NCBI GenBank assembly: GCA_963665115.1 | Contig: OY762007.1 | Coordinates: 160,001 to 224,000 of the forward strand | Origin: an uncultured Rivularia sp. | Lineage (GTDB): Bacteria > Cyanobacteriota > Cyanobacteriia > Cyanobacteriales > Nostocaceae | Length of the DNA stretch: 64,000 bases | Direction of reading: 5' to 3' | Part shown: one piece after another, positions 8,750 through 20,900 of the stretch | Numbering within the stretch: the first letter of the stretch is position 1 | How the letters are laid out: each line of letters starts with the position of its first letter | The notes under the pieces: model-generated | What the model saw: only the letters and a program-made list of their open reading frames with translations | What the model was told of the DNA's origin: nothing | Database searches by the model: none | Position numbers and translations under genes: made by a program

Positions 8750-11700
8750 ATGTGGCATAAACAAAAGAACAAAAATCCAATAATCCGCTTGACTTTGTTG
8801 TTAGCATTGGCATCAGCTCCAATGATGAGTGGTTTGTTCAAGTCGGATTATGTAATAGCTTTGGCACCTGAAACACGGTCTTTTCCGCTTCCAACTGAGG
8901 TGGAGAAGGGAACTACAATTAAGGTAGATGGTTCCGCTAGTATGACAAGGGCTAATGAAGCGTTAAAACAGCGTTTCGAGAAAAAGTATTCCGATACTAA
9001 CGTTGAACTTGCTACCAATGGAACGGATGATGCGCTCAGGGATTTACAAGATGGCAAAGTAGATATTGCTGCAATTGGACGCGGTTTAACTCCGGAAGAA
9101 GAAGAAAAGCTGGGTTTGCAACAGCAGCGTTTGCATCGAGAAAAAATTGCGATAATCGTTGGTAAGGGTAATCCTTTTAAAGGCGATTTAACCAATCAGA
9201 AGTTTACTCAAATTTATCGCGGACAAATTACTGATTGGTCGGAACTTGGCGGCCCCTTCTGGAAAAATTAGAGTCATCGATCGTCCCGAGTTGAGCGATA
9301 CTCGCGAGGCTTTTCGCAACTATCCTCTTTTCCAAGGTGATTTAACAACTGGTTCGACTGCGACTCAATTAGATAGCGACGATCCAGCCGAAGTTGTCAA
9401 GCAGTTGGGTGATGATGGTATCGGCTTTGTTTTAGCCAATCAGGTAGAGAAATTGGGTGACAAAGTGCGTGTTTTGAGTATGCACAGAGTTCTACCAACC
9501 GATCCCAAATATCCTTACTCGCAACCGCTAGTTTACGTCTTCAAGAAAAACCCTTCGGAAGCCGTTAAGGATTTTGTCGGTTTCGCAACAGCAGAACCCG
9601 GACAGGAAGCTTTAAAAGCAGCTAGAGAAGAAGAAGCCGCAGCGGTTGCAGCTATTGTTGCTCGTGGGGTAACAAGTGATGCACCCGACGACGCTACAGC
9701 AACTCCCGGCGCAACTCCTCAAAGTACTGAAGCTGGGACTGCTGAAGGTACGGCAGCTAGTGGAAATCAAACAGCAAATAGTAGTGCAAATACTGAAGGT
9801 GTTGAACCTGCAACCAATACTTCTGCTCCCGATAACAGCAGTACTAGAGATCAAGCATTTTTACAAGATAGTACGGTTGTTTCTGAAGCTGGTGAAGGAA
9901 CAATACCTTGGTGGTGGATTTTACTCCCAGTTGCAGCTATTGGTGCATTAGCACTGTGGTGGTTGTTGGGAAGACGTAAATCTCAAGAGGATGATACCGT
10001 TGCTCGCGGTGTATTGCCAAAAGATTCTCCCCCTCCTTTTACTCCCACCTCTACAACTACAACTGGTGCCGTTAAAGAACCGGAACCCGCTGTAAATACT
10101 CCTATAGAACCAAATGCAGGAACTAATGCAGCAACCGTAGAACCTCCAAATACTACATCTGGAATTAATACAGCCGGAATTGCAGCAGGTGCAGGTATTG
10201 CAGGATTGGGAGCCGCAGCGGCGATGTCTTCTAGAGATAATGAAGATACACCCGAAGTCAGCGAAAATTTTGTAGCTGAAACTTCTACGGATTTACAACA
10301 GCCGGATGTTTCCGATTCAGGATTAAACGCGCAACCAACCTACGTACAACAACCCGATTCTAACCAGGGACTGAATTCAAGTTTAGAAGCACCCGATTTA
10401 GAACAACCGGATATTCCCGATACGAGCTTGGATTTAGAAGCACCAGCGGCTGTTGTTAACAGTTCTTATCATTCGTTACCGCGAATTAACACCTCGGTTA
10501 ATAGTTCAGTTAATAACAATATAGAAGTACCACCGATCGCAGAAGAGGTAGGCGATATAGACAGCGTAGCTGAACGCACTCCCACCGCTGACAATGAAGT
10601 GCAATCCGGTTCTCCTCAAGAAGAATTACCATCGGCTTCTACAAATAGTTGGTTGGGAAATTTTGGACTTGGTGCTGGTGTCGCTGGTGCTGCTGCCGGT
10701 GCTGCTGCAACCGATCTACCATCAAAAATTAAGTCTGGTGCAGAAAGAATCAAATCGCAGTTTGCTGGTAAAGATACTCCAGAACCCATTAACGAATCTG
10801 TAGAAATAGATGGAACTGTTCCATATGCTCAGCTACCAGATGTTTGGGATAGCACGCAAGCAGATAGCTCGGATTCAAATAGCGATACATTAGCAGACAG
10901 TAATAATACTGTTGAAAACAATGATCTAACCTCACCTTCCGATCTATGGGGACCCCTGGAAACAGAAGAACCCATTACCCAAGAGGAGGAAGAAACATCC
11001 TTTAGTGGATTAATTCGTAACAATGCTGATGTATCCGTTTCCAGCAATAACGTAGAAGAACAAGCTCAGCAAACTTCACCTTCAAGTTTATGGGGAACCC
11101 CGGAAACAGAAGAAGCAAGTATACAAGAAGAAGAGGAATCATCCTTTAGTGGATTAATTCGTAACAATGCTGATGTATCCGTTTCCAGCAATAACGTAGA
11201 AGAACAAGCTCAGCAAACTTCACCTTCGAGTTTATGGGGAACCCCGGAAACAGAAGAAGTAAGTACGCAAGAAGAGGAATCATCCTTTCCTTTAGGTGCT
11301 GTAGCAGCAGGAGCCGGATTAGTTGCTGGAGCAGCTGCAATCGGTTCTGGTTTACTAAATCGCGATAACGATGATACACCCGAAGATGGTAAAAATGCGG
11401 ACGAAAATAACGATGTAGAACAGCAATCAACCACCGAAAACCAAGAGAATGAACCGGTTAGTGGTGAATTAGGTAGCGAATTGTTCTTGAATCGTTTTGA
11501 ACAAGATACACCGGATGCAACTGACAATACTCAAGCATCAGAAACTGTAGAAACCAATGATTTGCCAGAAGTTCGTATCACAAACGAAAACGAACAGTTA
11601 GCGGATGCTCAAACAACACCACAAGAGCAACCAACAAGCAATGGTTTACCAAATGTTTGGGTAACTCAATCAAATCAACACGCTACTACTCCAGAAGAGA

Positions 11701-12572
11701 CCGTTTCCGAAGAAGAGATTGCTCAATTTGGCGTGTCATCTAGTGATGGTGCAGTATTAGCAGGAGGAGCCGCTGCGGCTGTTGGAGCGTTTACGCTCGG
11801 TTCTCAGATCACAAGCAATGACGAAGAATCCGAAGAAGCAGACGCTCAGCCTTCAATATCTAATAGCGAGAATGTAGCTTTAGATCAAATAGCAGATCAA
11901 GCTGAAATAGATACACAAATTCGCACACCCGAGGAACACTCCGATCCAGGAGACACCGATTGGGATAGAATTTACGGCATTCACCATAACGGAGCTACGG
12001 GAGTACCCGGTGAAAGCAATATACTATTGGCAAATCGCACTCCAAAATGGGCTTATGCTTCTTGGAATATTGCACCTGCCGATCGCGAAGCAATGCAAGA
12101 GCGAGGTGCAAATCAATTGGTATTGCGACTGTATGATGTAACTAACGTTGACTTAAGCTATCAAAACGCCAAAATAGTACAGCAGTACGAATGCGAGGAA
12201 TCAGTTAGTCATCGTTATGTAGCTATACCCAATGCCGATAGAGATTACATTACCGAAATTGGTTATCTAAACGTAGATAAAGAATGGTTGTTAGTATCGC
12301 GATCGCCAATTATTCGGGTATTTAGTCGTCCCCACAAAGACTTTTGGTTTGAAGCAGATGCGGAATTGATAATTCACGGTGCAACAGAACCAGGTTCAAA
12401 TGTAACCATTGACGGACAAAATATCAAAGTCAAGCAAGATGGTACTTTTCATCTACGGGTTCCCTTTACCGAAAGCTTAATCAACTACTTGATTACCGCA
12501 GTAGCACCCGATAGCGAGCAAGCGAAAACCATTCATATGCAATTTTCCCAAAAAGAAAGGAAAGATAGTTAA
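8750..12572 (+). CDS. PstS-like periplasmic-binding domain, TM helix, long acidic linker and DUF4912-like C-terminus; one gene split by a +1 frameshift at ~9253
   Basis: 'IKVDGSASM', 'NGTDDAL..LQDGKVDIA' and 'ITDWSELGG|PSGKIRVIDR' run continuously once one C of GGCCCC is removed. TM 'WWWILLPVAAIGALALWWLL'; C-terminus 'WAYASW..LRLYDVT..YITEIGY'. Confidence 0.8.
10928..11288 (+). repeat. Intragenic tandem repeat, 144-bp (48-aa) unit, about 2.5 copies
   Basis: ATCCTTTAGTGGATTAATTCG occurs at 10997 and 11141, with a partial third copy at 11282. Confidence 0.9.
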
Positions 12573-12620
12573 CAGTTATCAATTATTGGTAATTAGTAAT
12601 TAGTAATTGTATAAGTTTTA

Positions 12621-12659
12621 AATGCTCTGGTAGATCGAATGCCAGGGCATTTTTTATTT
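12621..12659 (+). terminator. Rho-independent terminator
   Basis: AATGCTCTGG..CCAGGGCATT followed by a T-run. Confidence 0.7.
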
Positions 12660-12743
12660 AAAAGGTTCGTAGTAAGCACAGTTTTTATATATTTACGCAT
12701 ATATAAAGTTAAAACGTACTAAAAGCCTTATTCAGTCAGATTT

Positions 12744-13029
12744 ATCTTACATCTTGCACCTTTCTCAGTTAGCTTTCACAGTCGCCTTGGAATAAATTCT
12801 CCGCAGTCGCTACAACGGCTGTGTTCCCCCGCAACGCGCTGCTCTCCAGGCTGATATACCAAGTCTTCCTTCATAAGACTGAGCAAGGGTTTTAGTACGT
12901 TGAAACGTACTTTGTATATGAGCCTTGAAATTTATTTCTCTGCGTTCCCGGGGTCGCGTGCGGGCTAGAAAGCCTCCGGCTTACAAGGGAGAAATGTAGG
13001 CTTAACGATATTGGTGCAAGATGTAAGAT
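12744..13029. mobile_element. MITE-like element with a 17-bp perfect TIR; a second related element at ~13038-13152
   Basis: ATCTTACATCTTGCACC (12744-12760) / GGTGCAAGATGTAAGAT (13013-13029). The interior contains other repeat families. Confidence 0.7.
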
Positions 13030-13475
13030 TTATCTGATATCTTGCACCATTCTCAAGAAGCCCAAAGAAACCCGGTTTCTAGTAGTGAAAGCATGAATAT
13101 CTCGTTGTGAAATCGCAAAGAAACCGGGTTTCTGACACTGGTGCAAGATGTGAGATTTATCAGACTTTGTTTTTGAGCCTGGAGAGCAGCGCGTTGCGGG
13201 GGTTCTCCACTATGGTAGATTCCATCGTGAGACATCTGTGGAACAAAACAACCCGTGAAGTAACGCATTAAATATAGCTACTACTAACAAACTATGAATT
13301 TCACGCCATAATACAGGATTTTCTGAATAAGGATTCATTCCCGGAAATGGATTAGACATTTTTAAACCTCTCTTTTAAAATCTTCCTCTGCGCTCTCTGC
13401 GCCCTCTGCGGCTTAATTACTTCTTTCCTACTAATAATAGATAAAACATTTCTTTGCGGTAAACAAAATCAGCAA

Positions 13476-13502
13476 AGAGACGTAGCACTGCTACGTCTCT
13501 AC
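13476..13502. repeat. GTAG-type REP palindrome GAGACGTAGCA-N-TGCTACGTCTC
   Basis: Five copies: 13476, 27028, 36732, 40947 and 43438. Confidence 0.9.
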
Positions 13503-13509
13503 ATTGGTT

Positions 13510-15019
13510 TTATTTCATATCGTAACCAAACAAGTTAACGTCAACTTCTCCTAATTCCAATTCATCTAAACCATATTCAGCCCATCTTCTTTCTACCATT
13601 GCGGCTACTTCGTCATCGGATTCTAACGGCGCACCCCATTCGTGTTCGGTTTCTGGAGGCATTTTAGTCGTTGCGTCAATTCCCATTCTTCCACCCAAGC
13701 CTATTTTCTCGCTGGCAAAATCTAAGGTGTCAAAGGGCGTATCTGGCAAAATAAATACGTCTCGGGTGGGATCTACTTTCGAGCTTATTGCCCATACGAC
13801 TTGACGCGGATCGCGAATGTTTATATCTTTATCTACTACAATCACAAATTTGGTGTAAGTAAACTGCGGTAAAGCACTCCAAAATGCTAAAGCTGCCCTT
13901 CGCGCTTGTCCGGGATATGCTTTATCTATAGATATAATCGCCGCTTTGTAACTTAAGGCTTCCATTGGGAGGAAGAAATCGACGATTTCCGAAACCTGCT
14001 GTCGGAGTATAGGGGTGTAAATTCGGTTGAGAGCGATCGCCATCATTGCTTCTTCTTTGGGTGGACGACCGCTAAATGTAGTCAAATACACCGGCTCTTT
14101 GCGGTGTGTCATACATTGAAAGCGTACCAATGGCGAATCTTCAACGCCGCCGTAATAGCCCATGTGGTCGCCAAATGGTCCATCTGGCAATACTTCCCCT
14201 GGGGTAATGGTTCCTTCTAAAACAAATTCAGAATCTGCGGGTACTTCTAAATCTAGGGTTTTACATTTTGCTAAACTAACACCAGAACCACCGTATAAAC
14301 CCGCAAACAGCCATTCGGATAAATCTACTGGAATCGGTGTTGCTGCCGCCATGATAATTAACGGATCGACACCTAAAGCAATTGCTACTTCAAGTTTTTT
14401 TCCATTCTCCGCAGCTTTGCGTAAATGTCTGGCACCACCGCGCACTGAAAGCCAGTGTACGGTCATGGTATTGTTAGATTGTAGTTGCAAGCGATACACG
14501 CCGACATTTGGCGTGCCGGTTTCACAATCTTTAGTAATTACCAAACCTAAAGTAATAATTTTGCCTGCGTCACCGGAATAAGGGCGAATCAAAGGTAATT
14601 TATTTAAATCTAAATCGTCTCCCTGCACCACAACTTGATGGCAAGCAGGGAAAAAATCTCTTCCCGGTTTTGCTTTAACAACATCAAACAAAACTTTACC
14701 AAAATCGATAGCTTGAGAAATCTTTTTTGGTGGCTTTGGCTGTTGCAACATAGCCAACTTTTTCCCCAAAGTTTCCAATTCCTGGGGATGTTCCATATTC
14801 ATAGCCCAACATATCCTTTCCACGGTTCCCATCAGGTTTACCGCTACAGGAAAATCAGCACCTTTGACATTTTCAAAAATCAAACCGGGGGCCACCTTTT
14901 TGCAGCATCCGATTAGAAATTTCCGCAATTTCCAACTCAGGATCGACTAAAGCAGTAATTCGCTTTAACTGTCCCCTTTCTTCCAAAATTTTGATAAATC
15001 CCCGTAAGTCTCTCGCCAT
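13510..15019 (-). CDS. ubiD: UbiD family decarboxylase; +1 frameshift at ~14890
   Basis: True start MARDLRDFIKILEERGQLKRI at 15019 joins the 472-aa ORF after removing one base of GGGGGCC. Motifs 'NVGVYRLQ', 'DGPFGDHMGYY' and 'MGIDAT'. Confidence 0.92.
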
Positions 15020-15073
15020 TGTATATAAAGATATTTGAAGCGTTATTTATATTATCAGGCATAAGTGGGGATT

Positions 15074-15502
15074 GGTTCGTAGTTGCGCTTTAGCGCCAAA
15101 AATGTTGAGTAATAATTGGGGATTGGGGATTAGGTATGGCGGATTAGAGATAAACTATTTTCTATTGCCTCTAGCAATTCTTACAAACCGACGATTATCT
15201 TGGTCATTGAAACGCCCTCTTCCTTCTACAATATTCGCACAAACGCTATCAGCAGAACGAACTATTTGTTTACCAACCATCTATTTTTCAAATTGATTCC
15301 ACTCTCGAACAATATCCCAAATTTCATTAGCCAACTTTTCAGCTAATTGATAAACTTTTAACTCTTGAAAATCAGGTTTTGACAAACTATTTTCTTAAAA
15401 TTGCAACGACAACCCTATAGTTCGCTAAATTCCCCAAAAAATAATATTACCCAATCCCCATTTGTTAATGAAGATTTTGGCGCTAAAGCGCAACTACGAA
15501 CC
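15074..15502. repeat. 28-bp perfect inverted repeat pair bracketing ~430 bp
   Basis: GGTTCGTAGTTGCGCTTTAGCGCCAAAA (15074-15101) / TTTTGGCGCTAAAGCGCAACTACGAACC (15475-15502). Confidence 0.9.
15155..15385 (-). pseudogene. Four-helix-bundle (23S rRNA IVS protein/TIGR02436-like) pseudogene
   Basis: Manual translation: LSKPDFQELKVYQLAEKLANEIWDIVREWNQFEK*MVGKQIVRSADSVCANIVEGRGRFNDQDNRRFVRIARGNRK*. In-frame TAG at 15281-15283 and C-terminal truncation. Confidence 0.8.
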
Positions 15503-15519
15503 CATTACCAATTACCACT

Positions 15520-17520
15520 TCAAGGAGTTAATTCCTTAATTCTGGCTAATGCATCTTTATAATTATTCTCTTCACCTGTTTTAATAAAAATGTCTGCTGC
15601 TGATTGAAAATCTTCTATTGCGCCGGGTACTCTTCCTAAGTCTGTACGCAATAAACCACGATTATAATAAGCTAAAGCGTATTCGGAATTAAGTTCAATT
15701 GCTTTAGAATAATCTGCCATTGCTTGTTTTAATTTGCCCATTTCTAAGTTGGCGTTTCCGCGATTGTTGTATGCTGTTGGCAGAGTAGAATCAAGTTCGA
15801 TTGCTCGATTGTAATTTTCAACTGCGCCTTCTATATCTTTTATTTTGAAGCGATATTTACCCCGATGAATATAAGCTTTTGCATCTTCGGGATTCATTTC
15901 TATGGCTTTCTCGTAGTCTTCGTAAGCTTGTTTAGGATATCCTAAATCGTTGTAAACGTCTGCACGAGCAATATAAGCATCAACGTATTTAGAATCTAAT
16001 TCAATGACTTTAGTAAAATCTTTTTTAGCAACAAGTTTTTCGTTGAGTGCGTAGCGTGTTTTACCGCGTTCATAATATGATTCTGTATATTGAGGGTTGA
16101 TTTGAATTGCTTTATTAAAATCCTCAATCGCTTCGAGTTTTTCTCCTATTTCACGATTTACAATTCCTCTTTGAAAGTAAGCTGAAGCAAATTTGGGGTT
16201 GAGGGAAATTGCTTGATTAAAATCTGTAATTGCTTTACGCTTTTCTTTGATTTCGTGACGGGTTAATCCTCTACCGTAATAAGCATTTGCATATTCTGGG
16301 TTGAGTTTAATTGCTTGGTTATAATCGATAATTGCCCCGTTAAATTCTCCAATCAAATAAAGACTAAAGGCTCGATCGTAATATGCATTTGCATCGTTAG
16401 GATTGTTACGAATTGCTGCACTAGAATCTTGCTGAGATTTTTCATAATTTCCTAACCGATAATAAGCATCTCCCCGCGAATTATATGCTGAGGAATATTC
16501 GGGGTTTATTCTAATGGCTTGGGAAAGCAGTTTTATTGCTTGGTTATATTCGGCTTTTTCATGATGTAAAATTCCCTGTTGGTATAGCTGTCTGGCATAA
16601 TTTAGATTTCTGGGTAAAAACAAAGACAAACCTACCGCACCAACTACAATCAAGCTACCAATTCCGGCGAATAATTTAGGCTTTTTTGATAATTGTTGAT
16701 ATACCGGATTTGACTGCGGTTGATTAATCGCTTGTAAATCTTTTAATACCTCTTTGGCTGACTGATAGCGATTTTGATAATTTAAATGCACCATTTTATC
16801 GATAATCTGGGCAAGTTTTTGGTTAATATAATCGCGAGGATGCCAAATTATTTTTTCTGCGTCAGCATTTTTTTGATTTTTCTGGTTTGTAATTTCTCTT
16901 GCTGTTAAACCCGTCAAAGCTTGAATGGCAATAATACCCAAAGTATAAATATCGCTGTTAAATTGGGGATTTCTATAGATTTGCTCTATAGGCATATATT
17001 CTGAGGAAACAACTACGTTAGATACTGCTTCTTGAAGGGCACCAAAGTCAGTTAAAACTAGCTTTCCGTCAGATTCTCGGCGAATAATATTTGCTGGCTT
17101 GAGATTGCGATGGACTATACCGCGTTGATGTATAAATACTAATATTTCTAATACTTCTAATAATATATTTAATACTTGTTCCGAGTTTAGCTTTTTCCCC
17201 GTAACTATTTCTTCTTTTAAAGATTGTCCTACAATATAATTTCTAACTAAATAAAAGTTTTTATTCTTTTCAAAAAAAGTGGTTAAGCTCTGAATTCTAT
17301 CGTCTTGCTGTGCTAAATGTTCTAAAGGCTTCACTTCAGTTTCTAATACGTTCTGAGATATTTTTAATAGTTTTGGATCTTTACTAGCTGGAAGAAACTG
17401 CTTTACTACATATCGACCGAAATTTGATTGACTGGCATCTTCACTTAAATAACTTCTACCCCCTGGGGTGTTATTAAGTAACTCTATTATTTGATAGCGT
17501 TCGAGGATAATATTACTCAT
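15520..17520 (-). CDS. Ser/Thr protein kinase-like domain, TM helix and TPR repeats
   Basis: 'YVVKQF', 'IVHRNLKPANI', 'LTDFG' and 'SDIYTLG', followed by a TM and about ten TPRs (AYYxRG...DYNQAIKLNP). Confidence 0.9.
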   Translation of the reverse strand: MSNIILERYQIIELLNNTPGGRSYLSEDASQSNFGRYVVKQFLPASKDPKLLKISQNVLETEVKPLEHLAQQDDRIQSLTTFFEKNKNFYLVRNYIVGQSLKEEIVTGKKLNSEQVLNILLEVLEILVFIHQRGIVHRNLKPANIIRRESDGKLVLTDFGALQEAVSNVVVSSEYMPIEQIYRNPQFNSDIYTLGIIAIQALTGLTAREITNQKNQKNADAEKIIWHPRDYINQKLAQIIDKMVHLNYQNRYQSAKEVLKDLQAINQPQSNPVYQQLSKKPKLFAGIGSLIVVGAVGLSLFLPRNLNYARQLYQQGILHHEKAEYNQAIKLLSQAIRINPEYSSAYNSRGDAYYRLGNYEKSQQDSSAAIRNNPNDANAYYDRAFSLYLIGEFNGAIIDYNQAIKLNPEYANAYYGRGLTRHEIKEKRKAITDFNQAISLNPKFASAYFQRGIVNREIGEKLEAIEDFNKAIQINPQYTESYYERGKTRYALNEKLVAKKDFTKVIELDSKYVDAYIARADVYNDLGYPKQAYEDYEKAIEMNPEDAKAYIHRGKYRFKIKDIEGAVENYNRAIELDSTLPTAYNNRGNANLEMGKLKQAMADYSKAIELNSEYALAYYNRGLLRTDLGRVPGAIEDFQSAADIFIKTGEENNYKDALARIKELTP

Positions 17521-17946
17521 GGTAGATGACTAAATCTTATATACAGCTTTGCCATCTTAATTGAAGCTAGTTAATTAATATTGCAAACTGCACTTCATTT
17601 TGCAACATAAAATTGTCCAAATATTCTAGATAAAAAACTATTATATATTGAAAATATACTTATAAAAATCGCGAGTTTTTTGCAATAGATTTCTATTTAT
17701 TCGATATATTTTATTTAAAGACTAAATATCAATTATTATTTTTACATTATGCAATACTTTTATGTAACTATTCCTTCTATTAAATGAATAACCTGAAGCA
17801 CTTATTGGCATATCTGTATCTCGATAAAATTCTACATAGATATAGAACCTTTAACTTTTCCCTCCCAGATGTGGTGGTAGCAAAATTTAAAAGCCAAAAT
17901 ATAATATATAGGCTTTATAACGAAAGTCTGACATTTTACATGGAGC

Positions 17947-20900
17947 GTGCTATCAGTGGTATTACAAGTTGAAAAAGACATCTACGAAGCGAAAACTCAG
18001 GAAATCGCGAAGCAATTATTAAGCGCAACTGGGGAAAATCGTTCTTTATTCTCGGCTTTGCGCGATCAAATGCGCCCCGATGATAAGTTATTAGCATGGG
18101 CGATGAGCAATCCTGGTTTGCGGGTGCAGTTATTTAGATTTATCGATACTCTGCCAGCTTTAAAAAGTAATGCGGAAATCGCGGCGCATTTACAGGAATA
18201 TCTCGGCGATGATTCGGTAGAATTGCCTGCGGCGTTGAAGGGAATGCTAAATTTTGCCAACCCCGATTCTATGCCGGGGAAGGTTGCCGCGACAACGGTT
18301 TCCAAAAGTGTGGAAACTTTAGCTCATCGATATATAGCTGGCGAAAATATCAAGCAAGCTTTGAAAAGTATCGAGAGACTGCGTAAAGAAAAGATGGCTT
18401 TCACCGTAGATTTATTGGGTGAAGCGGTAATAACGGAAATTGAAGCGCAGTCTTATTTACAAAGATATACGGATTTGATGGCGCAATTAGCCGAAGCTTC
18501 TCAAAAATGGAAGAATGTAGCGTTAATTGATGAAGCTGATGGGGAAGCTTTGCCGAAGGTGCAGGTTTCGGTAAAGTTGACGGCGTTTTATTCGCAATTC
18601 GATCCTTTGGATGATAAAGGTAGTGAAGAGAAGGTGGTTTCTCACATTCGTACTTTACTGCGTCGTGCGAAAGAGTTGGGTGTTGCTATCCACTTCGATA
18701 TGGAGCAGTATATTTACAAGGATCTGACTTTTAATATCTTGAAAAAGCTGTTGATGGAAGAGGAGTTTAAACAGCGTACAGATATTGGCATGACGATTCA
18801 AGCTTATTTGCGCGATAGTGAGGAAGACGCTAAAAGTTTGATTGAATGGGCAAAACAGCGCGGCAATCCAATTACAATTCGTTTGGTAAAAGGTGCTTAT
18901 TGGGATCAAGAAACCATTACAGCAGAACAAAAACATTGGCAACAGCCAGTTTATAACGATAAAGCCGCCACCGATATTAACTTTGAGAGAATAACTCAAT
19001 TATTGTTAGAAAATCATCAATATATATATGCTGCCATAGGAAGTCATAATGTTAGATCGCAAGCAAAAGCGATCGCCATTGCTCAAAGTTTGAATATTCC
19101 CCAGCGCAATTTTGAAATGCAGGTGCTTTACGGTATGGGGGATAAAATTGCCAAGTCTTTGGTAGAGCAAGGTTATCGCGTGCGGGTTTATTGCCCTTAT
19201 GGTGAATTATTGCCGGGAATGGCTTATTTAATTCGTCGTTTATTGGAAAATACCGCCAATTCTTCGTTTATTCGCCAGGATATGGAAAATCGTCCCGTCG
19301 AAGAGTTGATTTCACCTCCGGTTATTAGAGAGGGGGAAGAGGGGGAAGAGGGGGAAGAGGGGGTAGAAATTGTTTCTGCTTCTTCGGTAACATCTTTCCA
19401 TCCAGCAGCTGACAGCGATTATGCGATGGAGGAATTAAGGAAGAAATCTCAAACTGCTTTTGAAACCGTTAAAAATCAGCTTGGAAAAACTTATTTACCT
19501 TTGATTAATGGGGAATACGTAGAAACTGAAGAAAAGGTTGATTCGGTTAATCCTTCTAATTATTCTCAAGTTGTCGGTAAAGTTGGTTTAATTAATGTCG
19601 AGCAAGCTGAAACTGCAATGCAAGCGGCGAAAACAGCATTTAAAACTTGGAAGAAAACTTCTGCGAAACAACGTGCCGATATCATTCGCAAAGCTGGCGA
19701 TATCATGGAAAATCGCCGCGCTGAATTATCGGCTTGGATTGTTTTGGAAGTTGGTAAACCAGTGCGGGAAGCCGATGCAGAAGTAAGTGAAGCAATTGAT
19801 TTTTGTCACTACTATGCTGCGGAAATGGAACGCTTGGATAAAGGTTTTAATTACGACGTAGCCGGGGAAAATAATCGTTATATTTACCAGCCCCGAGGAA
19901 TAGCGGTAGTTATTTCTCCTTGGAATTTCCCCTTTGCGATCGCAACTGGTATGACGGTGGCAGCCCTTGTAACTGGCAACTGTACTTTGCTCAAGCCAGC
20001 GGAAACTTCAGCGGTAATTGCGGCGAAAATCACCGAAGTTTTGGTAGAAGCGGGAATTCCTAAAGGTGTATTTCAATATGTCCCCGGAAAGGGTTCTGTT
20101 GTCGGCGCTTATTTGGTCGATCACATCGAAACTCACGTTATTGCTTTTACAGGTTCCCAAGAAGTTGGCTGTAAAATTTACGCAGATGCAGCCATATTAA
20201 AACCCGGTCAAAAGCATATGAAACGAGTAATTGCTGAGATGGGAGGCAAAAACGGGTTAATAATTGACGAAAGTGCTGATTTAGACCAAGCTGTTGTCGG
20301 TGCAGTGAAATCGGCATTTGGTTACAGCGGACAAAAATGTTCTGCTTGCTCCAGGGTAATAGTTGTAGAAAGCGTTTATGATACTTTTATTAACAGGTTT
20401 GTAGAAGCAACAAAATCCCTTAATATTGGAGAAACAGAATTACCAGCTACTCAAGTAGGGCCTGTAATTGACGAAAAATCTCAATCCAGAATCCGCGAGT
20501 ATATCGAAAAAGGTAAAGCAGAAGCCGAAGTTGCATTAGAAATGTCTGCACCAGAAAACGGCTATTTTGTTGGTCCAGTCATCTTTGGTAATGTTCCAGC
20601 AGATGGGACAATAGCACAAGAAGAAATTTTTGGCCCTGTAGTTGCAGTAATTAAAGTTAAAAATTTCCAAGAAGCCTTACAAGTAGCCAACAATACCAAC
20701 TACGCCTTAACTGGAGGGCTTTATTCCCGCACACCTTCCCATATCCAACAAGCTCAAGAAGAATTTGAAGTAGGAAACTTGTACATCAATCGTACCATCA
20801 CCGGCGCGATCGTTTCCCGTCAACCCTTCGGTGGCTTCAAACTTTCCGGAGTCGGTTCAAAAGCAGGAGGTCCCGATTATCTCCTACAATTTTTAGAACC

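Noticed and set aside
15281..15283. In-frame TAG in the four-helix-bundle gene as a target of the CUA tRNA-like RNA (recoding)
   Set aside because: The gene is also C-terminally truncated, the tRNA has G33, and many normal genes here end in TAG. Simple decay is more likely.
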